Assembly (NCBI RefSeq): GCF_006345805.1
Contig: NW_021823622.1
Location: 1-20,329 of the forward strand
Reading direction: 5' to 3'
Source: Octopus sinensis
Taxonomy: Eukaryota
DNA length: 20,329 bases
The number at the start of each line of letters is the position of its first letter. Positions within the stretch are counted from its first letter, which is position 1. Below are positions 20,293 through 20,329 of the stretch, piece by piece. A program made the translations under genes and the position numbers. Below the pieces are notes generated by a model that was not told the origin of the DNA, searched no databases, and saw nothing but the letters and a program-made list of their open reading frames with translations.

Positions 20293-20329
20293 ATATATGT
20301 ATATTATACACATATATATATGTATATAT
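19960..20329. repeat. Long degenerate (TA)n/(TATG)n tract
   Basis: Read directly from the sequence. Confidence 0.95.

Overview
This is AT-rich eukaryotic non-coding DNA (intergenic or a large intron) with no supportable intact protein-coding gene, tRNA, rRNA or CRISPR array. Almost all listed ORFs are translations of microsatellites or repeats. The mix of dense (CA)n/(TA)n/(CT)n/(TAA)n/(GGT)n tracts and these particular tRNA-derived SINE families points to an octopus (coleoid cephalopod) genome; this is inferred from repeat-family resemblance, not from a database search. Supported content: about nine copies of one SINE family (one full-length, young, with a 12-bp target-site duplication at 17758-17989), several copies of a second SINE family, and decayed retroelement fragments (Penelope GIY-YIG end at 7574-7790, R4/Dong-type zinc knuckle at 9817-10040, RTE 3' end at 18028-18498). 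Structural highlights: a near-canonical minimal hammerhead-ribozyme motif (1651-1683, minus strand), four long inverted-repeat or foldback structures (2259-2450, 3077-3240, 12780-13021, 13179-13697), and a three-copy spaced direct repeat (18883-19028). I see no convincing new multi-gene system. The best leads are RNA-structure and transposon-architecture observations.
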